Origin: Lama guanicoe
Taxonomy: Eukaryota
Length of the DNA stretch: 64,000 nucleotides
Assembly (NCBI GenBank): GCA_013239625.1
Contig: MU056262.1
Coordinates: 8,780,134 to 8,844,133 of the forward strand
Direction of reading: 5' to 3'
The notes beneath the pieces are model-generated. The model saw nothing but the letters and a program-made list of their open reading frames with translations, ran no database searches and was not told the DNA's origin. Positions within the stretch are counted from its first letter, which is position 1; each line of letters starts with the position of its first letter. The position numbers and the translations under genes are program-made. Below, piece after piece: positions 22,601-34,187 of this stretch.

Positions 22601-25112
22601 TCTCAAGAGCCCAGATTTTGGGCTCTGGTACACCTGAGTTTGAGACCTTGAACAATTTTCTTAGCCTCTGGAAGCCTCAGTTTCCTTGAATATAAAATAG
22701 TAATGATGGTACCTACTACAAAAGGCTATTGTAAGTCCTCTATAAACAACCCAGGGCTTGGGACAGAGCAAGAGGCTTGGAGGCCAGTGCGTGGAATAAA
22801 GATTGAGGATGAGGTGGGGAAGGGGTGGCTGCCAGAACTAGGGAAGATGATGAGAACCATCTTTGGACATGCCAAGTGTAAGGGGCCTATGGGTGTCCCA
22901 GAGAGGCATCCAGGGGCAGCTGGACACATGGGCTTGGAGTTAAGAGCAAGGCTTGGCTGGAAAATAGTGTGGGAGTCACCAGCATGTGAGGAGAAAAATG
23001 AGGTCATGGTGAGGGAGAGACTGAGCATGAGGCCTCCACAGTCAGAGGTTCACCCACAAGGAACAGAAGCTCACGAAAGAGGCAGAGAGGAAGAGCCAGA
23101 GAGGTAGGAAGAAATCCAGCAGCAGTGGCTTTGCAGACACCAAAGGGAGAAAGGGCGTAGGGTAGTGAGGAATAGCCAGAAGTTCAGAGACATCCAGGAA
23201 GCCATGTTAACTGAAAGCAAAGATGTGTCCATGGTATTCAGGGACTAGGATGTCATTCACTGGTAATCTTTGGTGTGGTCGGGAGTGGGAACAAACTCAG
23301 AGCTGGAGTTGTGGAGAAGAGAGTAGAGATGGTGACTGCTGACAGTTTTAGAGAAATGTGGCTGAGAATGGGGGCGGGGGAGAACATGAGAACAATGCTT
23401 GAGGAAAGAGATATAGGATTGAGGTAGGAGAAGTTCTTTATTATGATTACCAGAAGGAGAGGCCAGAGCTGTTGTGAATGCTGCTGGGAAGGAGCCAATG
23501 TTTAGTTATTATATCCAAGGTGCCCAGCACAGGGCCTGGCATGCAGTAGGAACTCAATAAAATCTTGTTGTCTTTGAGGATGGGGAAGGATGGGGTCTGG
23601 AACTTGGGGTGGAGGTACTGGTCATTGTCAGGAAGAGGTTCCCTTCTGCCATTGTGCCAGGAGGGAGGGATGGTCGGGGTGCCAGGGGTGAGCAGAGTGC
23701 AGGCCAGGGCCTCCTTGGGCCTCTGCTGCTTCTGAGCCTGACCACAGAGAAAGGAAGAAGTGATAAGAGAGTGTTTGGCTCAAGAAACCCCAATGTGGTC
23801 AGGGAACAGAGCATGAACTTTTGGAGAGTGCTACTTGGCAACTCTCTCCCCAATACCCCTATTTCTGTTCCCAGCATCATCAAATCCAGCTGTTACCTTC
23901 ACTTTATCCCCTTCAGAGCCATGCCCTCCCCAAAGGCCAGCAGATGGTGCCAGTGAGCTGCTGGACTCAGATGGAGCAGAAGAGTCGGCCTGCCAGACCC
24001 CACGCACCCCATGGCCTCCCAGAGCCTGGGGCATGCTAAAGGTTTGACTCCCTAGGTTCCTGACTAAGGGGGTTGAGGGAGCAGGACTAAGGACTAAAGG
24101 AGACTATGGGCTTTGGGCTTCGGGGTGGGGTGGTTCAGGGGTTCTGCTCCTTCTGGTTGCCCTTCATTCCTCTACCCCTGCGAGGCCCTGTCTTATCTGC
24201 TGGGGCTCCTACCCTCTGCCCCCCTCCCTTCTTTTCTCTGGAGGCCCCTGCCAGCCCAGACTTCTGGTTCTGGCAGAGGCTGGTTCTCTGCCCTTGGGCA
24301 GGCACAACCTGGCACCAGGCCTCAGACAGGGCTGGGCCAGCCCCTCCCAGCCATGACTGCCTGAACCACCTCCTTTCTACTTCCAGAATGTCTCCACCTG
24401 ATGAGAAGCAAGGGGTCAGCTGCTGAGGAGGCTACAGGAGGCTAGAGCATAGATCCTGGGAAGGAGGCCTGGCCTCCTAGCCTCCTGGCCTAGGAAGTTG
24501 GATGAATTTCAGGCCATAGGGGGTGTTAAATAAAACTGTGGCAGATCATCCAGTCCCACTGGAAACACCCCATGCCCATCCTAGCCATCCTATATTCCCC
24601 CACTCATTCCCTACACCCCCTCTCAGCAAGACTCTCTCCCCATCTTGGGCTTCCCAGTGAGTCAGGATCCTTCATGTTTCCTTCCCAGGACAGTGTAAGA
24701 TCCTGTTTCCCAGACTCTGTTTTCACCCTACTTTCCCACTTCCACCTCCCTACACTTGGACTCCTGCTCTGACAATTGCTGGTATACCTGTGTGGCCTTG
24801 ACCAAATTGAAGGCTGTCTGGGATCCCCACCTCACCACCCCTTCTGCATCCCCTCCACAGTTACAAAAGGAAGCCCTTAATGGATGAAGCTGGAGAAACC
24901 ACAGCCAGACACTCAGTAGGATGACTAGAGCTAGGGGGGACCCACCTATCCAGGTTCTACAGCTTAGATCAGGAAGCCAGGTCAAGGGTACTGTGTCCAC
25001 TTCTGAGACTGAGCCACAGATTTGGGACAACAGCAATCAGCAGGTTTTGGAAAATCAGCATTACCCTAAGTTTCCAAAGAATGATACAGACCAAGGGAGA
25101 AAGTCACGAAAA

Positions 25113-25142
25113 ACACACCACACACACACACACACACACACA
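25113..25142 (+). repeat. (CA)n microsatellite about 1.6 kb upstream of HSD11B2
   Basis: acacaccacacacacacacacacacacaca. Confidence 0.9.
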
Positions 25143-26099
25143 AATTTACATGGCACAGGGAGAGATACATCATATGTACATGGACAAGCTATGGAGCCCA
25201 TGGACACGAATGTATACAAATACAGGCATACATAGGCACACAAGGTCATGTACCCAAGGTCAGGCACACACACCCTCCCCAGGGAAGTCCGGCCTCCCAG
25301 GACCAGGGCTGACCTGTCATCTGTACTTGCAGGGGGAGGAAAAGGTGGAAGCACAGAAGTGGCTCTGGGAAGGACTTGGATCCTCCACCCAGATCCTCTC
25401 CCCTTAAGTGGGTCTGACTCCCAGTCCCTCCCTGAGATTCCCCTGGCCCACCAGGGGGCCATGCCTGGGTGGCAGAGAAGGCTTTGGAGGAGGCATTGCC
25501 TTGAAGCCCTGGCACAGAGCCTGAGCATCTAAGATAGAGAAAGGGCAAAAGGGCTGGGAGGAGTCCTAGTGTAGGCATGGATGAGGCACCAGGCAAGGGT
25601 CCGTATGAAGTAGGGACCTCCTCTGCCATGAGCTGCACCTACTGACTTCAGCATAGAGCCTGGAAGCCAGGTACTGGCACCAACTCCTGGCATAGATGCC
25701 AAGCACAGGGTGCCAGACACGGGGGTGGGCAGAGTGGGGGGGCCACCAGGCCACACACAAACACAGACCTTCATACACACAGGCAGGGAAATGCACTCAC
25801 ATTCATTTATTTTATACCCAGGGGAATCCTGGAAGCAGGTTAAGGATCTCCTAGAGGTTGCCCTCGCTGACTCCACAGGTGTCCCCAATGGCCTGCCTCT
25901 TGGAGTCCCTGGGGTTGAAGGGTGGGCTGGAGTTAATGGGAGGCCTAGATGCTTCCACGGACCCCACTCTCCCCTCACAGCACACACACCCACACACATA
26001 CGCTTGTGTGGCAGGAGCAGGTGGGGTTGGTGCAACCCCAGAGCTGGAAAGTGGAAGGAAGGGGAAAGGAAGGTCAAAGACGCCCTAGAACCCAGGCGG

Positions 26100-26800
26100 T
26101 CATCCTGCTCCCCACAGCCTCATTTGGTGGCTGCAGGCAGCTTAGGTGTAAGCACGTGTCAGGACGTGTGTGCTAGGGACCTGCAGCTGTGCAAGGCGTG
26201 GGAGTATAGTGCATGTGCCGGCGTTGGCGGCGGCTGCCGGGTGAGGGCTGGTTGGTTCCCCTCGGCCACGGCTGTGCTGTCAGCATGGGGAGCTTGGATG
26301 GAGGCTGTGCGTGTCCTCAGGTGTCCCGAGCAAGTGTGAGCTGGATGTGCTCACCTAGGAAAGGCGGTTCAGCAGCTCAGGGCGCGTGTGTCGGGGCGCA
26401 GGGGTGAGCGGATGCAGGGCACCAGGGTTAGAGGCCGGCGGCAGGCGGCTGCTCCTCCAGCAGTAACTTCGCGACTTGGTTCCGGCTTCTTCGAAAGCGG
26501 ATCTGGCCGCGTGAGCGGAGCAGAGGGCGGGGGAGTAGAGGTGGGGGGCACCTGTCGGGCAGAGGTGCAGGGTGAGAAGTAAAGGAAAGCCTCGCCCTTT
26601 CCCCGCCTCCGCTCCGCCCTCTCCCCGCCCCCGGACTCCTTATAAGCTCGGCCCGAGGGCGAACAGAGAAAGCGAGTATCCCTCCTGCCCCTGGCTGGTC
26701 CTCTGCTGCGACCCCGTGCCCCTCGTCTCGGCCCCGAGTTCCAGTCCCTGCTCTCTGGCCCGCCCCCTGCCCCACCCCGGCCCAGCCCGTCCCAGCCGCC
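26100..26800 (+). promoter_or_regulatory. HSD11B2: HSD11B2 CpG-island promoter and 5'UTR
   Basis: CpG-rich. Clustered GC boxes (gggcgggg about 26525; ccccgcc, ccgccc and ccccgcccc at 26601-26631). TATA-like TATAAG at 26641-26646. Strong Kozak gccgccATGG at 26795-26804. Confidence 0.85.
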
Positions 26801-27065
26801 ATGGAGAGCTGGCCTTGGCCGTCGGGCGGCGCCTGGCTGCTCGTGGCCGCCCGTGCCCTGCTGCAGCTGCTGCGCGCAGACCTGCGTCTGGGCCGCCCGC
26901 TGCTGGCTGCGCTGGCGTTGCTGGCCGCGCTCGACTGGCTGTGCCAGCGCCTGCTGCCCCCGCTGGCCGCACTTGCCGTGCTGGCCGCCACCGGCTGGAT
27001 CGTGTTGTCCCGCCTGGCGCGCTCGCCGCGCCTGCCGGTGGCGACTCGCGCGGTGCTCATCACCG
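26801..27065 (+). CDS. HSD11B2: HSD11B2 exon 1 ([35 protein letters not shown]...RAVLIT)
   Basis: Recognised 11beta-HSD2 N-terminal membrane anchor. 265 nt. Donor CCG|gtgagt. Confidence 0.97.
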
Positions 27066-30000
27066 GTGAGTGCGCAGGGCGCGGAGCAGCGAGGCTCCAG
27101 GTTCGAGGGCGGGACCGGACACCTAGAGGGCTCCCCGTGGGGATACCAAGGCAAGGCGGGACCTCTAGCGCAGGAGTGGAAGAGTCCCCCTCCCCTGGGT
27201 GCAGGAAGTGAGCCAAGTGGGAAGCGCAGGGCACCTCCCTAAATCCGGGTTAACTACCTGAGGCTTCAAAGGTGTTAGAGGAAAATGAGGTAGAGAGTGG
27301 GCGGGTGCGCAGGGGAAACTGGTGGCTGAGAAAGTAGGAGCCTCCTGGGGTTTATGCTATGTCCCTCTCCAAGAGAGCAGTCTTTGGACAGGGAATACTG
27401 CTCTGAGGGACTTTTAGAGGATGATCACTCCTTGAAGTCTTCCTAACATCCCCACGTGGGAGGTCCCTTCTCCTCTTCCCTGGGATGGGAGGAAGAGGCT
27501 TCGATGGAGAGTTGGGACTCCTTCCCCCTAACTGGCTGGGCTCCTTGGAGTCCAGAAAAGCTTGAAATCATCATGAGGGACAGCTGGACATTAAGCTGCC
27601 TCTCAGATCCCACCCCCAACCGTTGAACTGCTGAAGTAGCTGTCCAGAGTCTGCACCTAGGACCATCCCTCCTGGTCCTCTGTGCCGAGGTCTTAGAGAG
27701 TTGAACTCAGGTACCTCTGCCTGCCTGACTGAGCTCCCTTTGTCTGGAGCAAGGAATAAATCTGTCAGCAGAAGGAGGGAAGGGGGAGCTGAGGCCCAGC
27801 CAGAAGTGGGGAAAGGGAGAAAGATTAGGGGGCACTGGCTCCATTGTATTGGGAAGGGGCAGTATAGTCTCTCCTCTAACCCCTATGCCTTTGGACAGGT
27901 GCTTTGGCCCCTTGCACTGGGCCTGGGCTGGGGGCACCAGACTGGCTTCTCAGAAATCTCAGTCCAGTAGACTGAGGCCCTGCATGATCAGATGGAGCTG
28001 GGAGAACTTCCCAGAGGAGGCCATCCTTGAGCTGGGCCTCAGAGGATAAGCAGAGACAGGTGGAGTGTGGAAGATGTTTTAGATCAGATGAAAGATGTGG
28101 GACAAAGGCTTGAAGCAAGAATGAGGTTGGCCTGGGTAGGGGGCAGTCAGTAACCAATCTGGCTTCTGGGGTGTGGTGGGATGTGAGGTTGTTTCCTTGG
28201 AAGGGGCCTTGAATGCTAGGCAAGTAGCCAGAATGTGCTAAGGCAGGGTGAGGGTGCAATCAAGGTTTGGGCTTTGGGAAAGATGGCAGAGACAGAGCAG
28301 GGCTCAGGCTGGATGGGAGAGACCTAAGTTCAGGGTGCAGTGAGAAGCTTCAAGGGACCCCAGTTTTAGGAGTCTGAGAAAGGAAAGATGACAGACCTCC
28401 TGGTACGAAGCAGGGACTAGGTTGTGAGCTCTGCTCCCAGGGACAGGGCATCTCCTCCCCTGCCTTCTAATTAATGAGCTGTCTCAACAGGAACCAGGCC
28501 ATCTGTAGATACTAGTGGTCCAGGGCAGTCTTTCCTGAAATCTCACCTCAGGCCTTTGTGTTGCTGCTGTTACATCTCCTAACCTTGAGCCTGAGAGTGA
28601 AGTGAGAGGAGGGATGCCTTCTGTGACTTGGGCTTCCTCCAGCTGTGGTTGCAAAGCCCCACAGGAGGAGGAGGAGAAAACTGCCCAGCCCACTTTATCT
28701 AAGCTTCAGGGGTAGGTCTCCAAGCTTCCCAATGCCCCAAAACTCAGGTTTCCTCTCTCACCACTTGACTGCAAGACAAGTAGGTAATCAGGCCCTGCCT
28801 CACCTGCTAGGAACACTGTCTTAAGCCTGCCAGAGCTGCCCCCACCCCTCCCTGAGAATGCCCCTGAGAACCACTGGCCAAGGCTACTCCTGGAGCTCAG
28901 CCCTGGGGTCAGGGTTTAGGTTGAGTGGCTGGGTGACTTGTGCACACGTCTGTGTACTGCTGAGCGGCAGGGGTCTCATGAGAGAGACCCGTTGTTGTTC
29001 ATGGCTCACTGCAGGTAGGTTAGAGGTGTATACAGGTGTCTGAGTTTGCAGGTGAGCAAGAGGGTGTGCAAGGTGTGGGTGACTGTATTGGAACTGCAGA
29101 GCTAAAGTTGTAGGAGGCAGTTTCAGTTTTCCTGTGAAGAGCCTGTCTGCTCTGGGAGGGAGCTTAGGCAAATGGACACACACGCACGTGCTCATTTCCT
29201 CTCCCCCAACCAGACTTGCCCAGGAAGGACTCCTCAGTTGGGTCTGACTGGTGAGTCCCCAGTCACACAAAGCCAAGCTTGCAGCTCGCCGCCCCCCCCC
29301 CCCCCTCAGTTTTGTTTTCTGCCTTAGCAGAGGGGGACAGGGCTGAGATGGGAGAAACTGGTTGTGCAGAATCACTTTGCAGCTTCTGCTCAGCAGGATC
29401 ACCACAGAGGCAGGCTCCAGAGAGCCTCCTCCCTCACTGGTCCTCCCCCTCCCTTAGCTGGTCTACCATGGAGTCAGCATCAGAATGGGAACAATCTAGG
29501 AAGCAGGGGCTTATCAGACTCCTACTTGGGCTTTGCCTGGTGGTTCATCTCTCTATATATCTAAGACAGGAAGTTATACATCCCAGAGTGGTAACTGACC
29601 TTAGGTCACATTTGATGGGTGTAGGAAAGGATTCTAACACAGGTCTGTTCTCATCTTCATCCATCATGTCCCTGTCCTAGGGGCAAATGGTGTGGGGCTC
29701 AGAGACTGCCCCAGTGTTGCCACTGATTGGAATTCCAAGGGTTGTGGTCAGGGGTGAGGTGGGGATGGGCCTCCAGCTTGCCTAGAGCCTGGAACAATAG
29801 TAGAGGGTGTTGAGGCTGGAAAGAAGGGTCAGGCTCAGATTGTACAGGGCCTGGATGATTGGAGCAGAGACTTCAGCTTCATCCTAAAGGCTGTGGGGAG
29901 CCTTGGAGAGGTTTTCACCAGCAGAGTGATATTGTCATTTTTGGAAGGATCCCTCTGGCTGCTTAGGTAGAGAATGGATTCCAGGGGGCAAGATGGGACT

Positions 30001-30501
30001 GAACTATAAAAGAGGCAGCTTCAGTGTCCAGGTAAGAGGAAGCAGCCTGGGCAAGGGCAGTGAGAAAAGAAGGGAGGCTGTGTAATAATACTGCATGTGA
30101 GCTGAGGCCTGATATCAAGCAGGCAGAAGGACATCAGGGCTGGAACTGGGTCTCAAGCTGATGTATGACACAGTCCTGACCTTACTCTGTGCTGGCTGAG
30201 TGACTTTGGGAAGCAACTTAGCACTACTAGGTCTCAGCTTCCTCAGCTGTAGTGGGGATCGTTAGCCAGGTTTGGTGGGGTAGCTACGAGGAGTCAGGAG
30301 ATGACAATTGTGAAAGTGTTGGTATTAAGGTGCTCAGCCAAAGGGACAAAGCCTACCCGAGATGGGCCTAGGAAAGAAGGGATGGCTGCTGACGGCTAAT
30401 GGGGTTGGGTGTCAGAGGCCTGGATCCCATCCAGACCATTGTGACCACTGGGGCTGGACTAAGCCACAGTGGGAGTTCACTTGCTGTCCTTCCCTGGCCA
30501 G

Positions 30502-30714
30502 GTTGTGACTCTGGTTTCGGCAAGGCGACAGCCAAGAAGCTAGACGCCATGGGCTTCACAGTACTGGCCACCGTGCTGAAGTTGGATAGCCCTGGTGCCC
30601 TAGAGCTGCGAGCCTGCTGTTCCCCTCGTCTAAAGCTGCTGCAGATGGACCTGACCAAGCCAGCGGACATTAGCCGCACACTGGAGTTCACCAAGACCCA
30701 CACTGCTAGCACAG
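30502..30714 (+). CDS. HSD11B2: HSD11B2 exon 2 ([32 protein letters not shown]...HTAST), Rossmann-fold TGxxxGxG motif
   Basis: Acceptor ggccag|, donor ACAG|gtcagg. 213 nt. SDR glycine-rich motif. Confidence 0.97.
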
Positions 30715-30832
30715 GTCAGGAGGCTCAGCTCCACCAGGAAAGGGTGTGGCTCGGTGGCTGTGAGAAAAGTCAGGGTTTGAAGGTTTGCTGCTGGGCTGAT
30801 CCACAGCTTCCCTCCTGGCTCCATGCCCTCAG

Positions 30833-31018
30833 GTCTGTGGGGCCTGGTCAACAATGCGGGCCAGAACATCCTTGTGGCCGATGCGGAGCTGTCTCCAGTG
30901 GCCACGTTCCGCAACAGCATGGAGGTGAACTTCTTCGGTGCGCTTGAGCTGACCAAGGGCCTCTTGCCACTGCTACGCCGTTCGAGAGGTCGCATCGTGA
31001 CTGTGAGCAGCCCAGCAG
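30833..31018 (+). CDS. HSD11B2: HSD11B2 exon 3 ([10 protein letters not shown]...[11 protein letters not shown])
   Basis: Acceptor ccctcag|, donor GCAG|gtgagt. 186 nt. SDR NNAG motif. Confidence 0.97.
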
Positions 31019-31125
31019 GTGAGTGCCCTCCCACACTGGAGCAGAAAAGGTGCCCCAGCAGGGTGGGGAGAGATGCTGAAGACCCTGGCCCAGGCTGAGC
31101 TGCCCCACTCCCAATCCATCCCTAG

Positions 31126-31263
31126 GAGACATGCCATTTCCATGCTTGGCTACCTATGGAACCTCCAAAGCGGCCCTGGCATTACTCATGGACACATTCA
31201 GCTGTGAACTTCTGCCCTGGGGGATCAAAGTCAGCATCATCCAGCCTGCCTGCTTCAAGACAG
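31126..31263 (+). CDS. HSD11B2: HSD11B2 exon 4 ([18 protein letters not shown]...QPACFKT), catalytic YxxxK
   Basis: Acceptor ccctag|, donor ACAG|gtgagg. 138 nt. YGTSK active site. Confidence 0.97.
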
Positions 31264-31478
31264 GTGAGGTTTGGGGATTTTGGGGTGGGGCCTGGGTGGG
31301 GTTGTTGGGGAGAGGGGGAAAGTGGGGATGAGCATGGTCCTATCTGGAGTGAGGCTGGGTCTGAGGAATGGCCGTAGCTTTGGCTAGGGACAGGTCTCAG
31401 GTTGTGAGTTAGAGATACCTGGGTCTGGCTTTGGCTTCCCTAACTGATCCCACTCTGGCCTTGCCACTCCTTCCCCAG

Positions 31479-31891
31479 AGTCAGTGCAAAATGTGGACCA
31501 GTGGGAAGAGCGCAAGCGGCAACTGCTGGCCAACCTGCCCCGAGAGCTGCTGCAGGCCTACGGTGAGGACTATGTTGAGCACTTGAGTGGGCAGTTCCTG
31601 CATAGTCTGAGCCAGGCACTGCCAGACCTCAGCCCGGTTGTAGATGCCATCACCGATGCACTGCTGGCGGTTCAGCCACACCACCGCTATTACCCAGGCC
31701 ATGGCCTGGGAATCATGTACTTCATCCACTACTACCTGCCTGAGGGCCTGCGGCGCCGTTTCCTGCAGTCCTTCTTCATCAGTCCCTCTGTGCCAAGAGC
31801 ACTGCAGCCTGGCCAGCCCAGCCTTACCTCTGCCCAGGATGTAGCTCACAGCCCAGACCCAAACCCCGGCCCTTCCCCCACTGCCCAATGA
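31479..31891 (+). CDS. HSD11B2: HSD11B2 exon 5 coding part ([13 protein letters not shown]...GPSPTAQ*); total CDS 1215 nt, 404 aa
   Basis: Acceptor ttccccag|. In frame to TGA at 31889-31891. Exon phases all consistent. Confidence 0.97.
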
Positions 31892-32400
31892 GCAGTGTGT
31901 GCTCATAGCTGCTCCAGCAAAGGAGGTCCCATCTGCCCTTAGTCCTCCCCTGGGCATTCTGACCCCCAGGTCTATCCTAGATCCTGACCTAAGAGACCGA
32001 AGTCCCACCCACTGCTGATGTCACAGGGCAGGCCTGGTGAGGTGAGGCCTCCCAGTGAACCTCTGGGCCTCTTCTGCTTCATGAGCCCAAACAGACCCTC
32101 CTAGGCACAAGGCTCCACTACACAGCTTGGAGAACCCAGCTGGATGGGGAGTTTTGTGCAAGACTTAACTGTAGCCTTTGACAGGATCCTGCAGACAGTG
32201 CTCTGCAAACTAAGGAGTAATTGGGTAGGTTGGGGACTCCCTCAGGATTATTTCTCAACACCAGTGCCTCATGCCGTGATTCAAAGGGTGAATCCTAACT
32301 GTTTCTTGACTGGCTCAAGAATTAGGGCCCTGACCACCCACCCAAGCCCCCAAAGCCACAGGGAGGCTGCATACCCTACTTGCCTGATCGCCACTTTTGG

Positions 32401-32406
32401 AATAAA
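32401..32406 (+). terminator. HSD11B2: HSD11B2 polyadenylation signal AATAAA
   Basis: First AATAAA about 510 nt after the stop codon, followed by a T-rich tract. Confidence 0.8.
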
Positions 32407-32949
32407 GACAAATTTTTATTTCTCCTAGAATGGGGAGATGCTATGTTTGGAGGAGGTGACTGCCTACGTAACATGCTGTGGCTGTGTGACAGCCTGGAAA
32501 CTGCCTGGGGAACCACTGAGCACAGAGGCTGAAGCTCTGGACACAGATTCCAGTTTACACCTAACCCCTTCAGCTACTTTGGGCCGATCGTGTATCCATG
32601 GTTTGGGTTTCCTCACAGTGAAATGGGGACAATAACCCTGGCCAAGGGAGTTGTGGAGCTCAGGGAAGCAAACAGGGAGGTCTGGGGGCTCTCCAGGGGT
32701 CAGGACCCAGCTACACAGGCCTGTCAGAGCCTCCAGCAGAGGAAGAGGCTATCCTCGCCTGACTTCCCCCACCCTGCGGAATCTGGCCGCACGGGGAGAG
32801 GGCCAGCCTGGAGCTGCCAACTGAGGAAGGGAGGTAGAAGGCTTAGATGGGGATGGGCTCAGCAAGAGTGGGGCCTGAGCATAGCTGGGGATCTGGGAGG
32901 ACTCGGACCCAAAGGAGACAGAAGACAGCTGGGCTTACAGAGGGCAGTT

Positions 32950-32955
32950 TTTATT
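32950..32955 (-). terminator. ATP6V0D1: ATP6V0D1 polyadenylation signal AATAAA
   Basis: TTTATT on + about 410 nt beyond the ATP6V0D1 stop codon. Confidence 0.8.
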
Positions 32956-33365
32956 GTCTCTGAGGGGCAGAGCTACTTCCCCTACACCCCAAGGACACAC
33001 ACACTATCCTGCCCCTGGGCCATGGCTCTAGGGGGACCCACTGAGGGGAGAGGAAGCTCACGCTGCCCCCAGGGGTTCTCAGGTTAGGGAAGGACACAAA
33101 AGTGACCACATGCTTCTCAGACATGTCAGCGGCTGTAAACATAGGGCTGAGGGGGCCTCCTTGCTCTGGAGGTGAGGGACTTGGTCCATCCTTGGTAGGG
33201 GGAACAGGTGCCCAGCCCCTTTTCAGGCCCAAGAGCAGTCTCAGAGAGGGTCAGGGAAGCCAGGAAGCCGCCAGGACAGTGTGCTACCCCCCAGGCAGGT
33301 AGGTGAGCCATGAGCTTTGTCACAGCACACAGACACACACATGTGGGGAGCCATGGGCCAGGGTG

Positions 33366-33527
33366 CTAGAAGATGGGGATGTAGTTGTCGATCTTGGCGC
33401 GGTGGCGCTGGGCGATGCACTCGGCAATCCATACAATGTTGCGACACTCCTGCTCCTTAAGCTTCACAAAGGCATAGAAAACACCAAAGTGGAACTGGTT
33501 CAGGAAGGCCAACTTGTTCAGTTTCAC
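33366..33527 (-). CDS. ATP6V0D1: ATP6V0D1 last coding exon ([53 protein letters not shown])
   Basis: Recognised V-ATPase d1 C-terminus. Acceptor ccgcag|, TAG stop. 162 nt. Confidence 0.97.
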   Translation of the reverse strand: MKLNKLAFLNQFHFGVFYAFVKLKEQECRNIVWIAECIAQRHRAKIDNYIPIF

Positions 33528-33619
33528 CTGCGGACAGAGGCAGGAGTGGTGTGTAGGTGGCCGTGACCAAAGTCAGGCCTAAGCCACCAACCCCTCCCTA
33601 TGACAGGCCTGGCACTCAC

Positions 33620-33697
33620 CTCGTGCTCAAAGAATCGGTCCTCCAGGGTCTTGTCTCCAGGGTTGCTGCCTGCGCCCTCGAAGAGCAGCTTGTACTC
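33620..33697 (-). CDS. ATP6V0D1: ATP6V0D1 exon 7 ([26 protein letters not shown])
   Basis: 78 nt with AG/GT boundaries. Translation matches. Confidence 0.97.
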
Positions 33698-33805
33698 CTG
33701 GCCCAGGGGAGTCGGGGGAAGCATGAGTACGAGGGTGCTGTTAGGTATGGGGTGGGGATGTTGATGCCAACATGCCTGCCCATCTCCTACAGCTAGGGCA
33801 CTCAC

Positions 33806-33982
33806 CGGGTAGTAGTCAGCCACGTTCTTGACCTGCTCGTAGTCGTCAGCCCGAGCCAGCTGGGCCAGGCCCTCAGGGTAGAGCCGTCCGCAGTGCGGAA
33901 AGAGCTTGGCACGGTCCTCCTTGGACAGCTCTGTGCCGAAGGAGTTGATGGTGATGATGAAGGCGCGGCGATCTGCTTCAAA
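33806..33982 (-). CDS. ATP6V0D1: ATP6V0D1 exon 6 ([59 protein letters not shown])
   Basis: 177 nt. Acceptor ccacag|, donor CCG|gtgagt. Confidence 0.97.
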
Positions 33983-34109
33983 CTGTGGCGCCAGTGCACA
34001 GGCAAGGAGAGAGGGACAGGGAGGGATGCAGTAGCCAGTCAGTTGGCAGGGCTTCTCCCAGGTCAGGGCTACAGGGGACTAGCAGGCGGAAGGGTGAACA
34101 GACACTCAC

Positions 34110-34187
34110 CTCCAGGATGGGGCACATAGCGTCAGCTGTGGTCCCTCCCAGTAGGGTGCAGAACTTGTAGAAGGACTCCAGGTAGGC
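34110..34187 (-). CDS. ATP6V0D1: ATP6V0D1 exon 5 ([26 protein letters not shown])
   Basis: 78 nt. Acceptor gcacag|, donor GAG|gtgagt. Confidence 0.97.

Noticed and set aside
26369-27234. Long antisense and alternative-frame ORFs (261 aa, 268 aa, 165 aa) over HSD11B2 exon 1
   Set aside because: Stop-codon scarcity in a CpG island, mirror of a real coding exon, and no recognisable domain.
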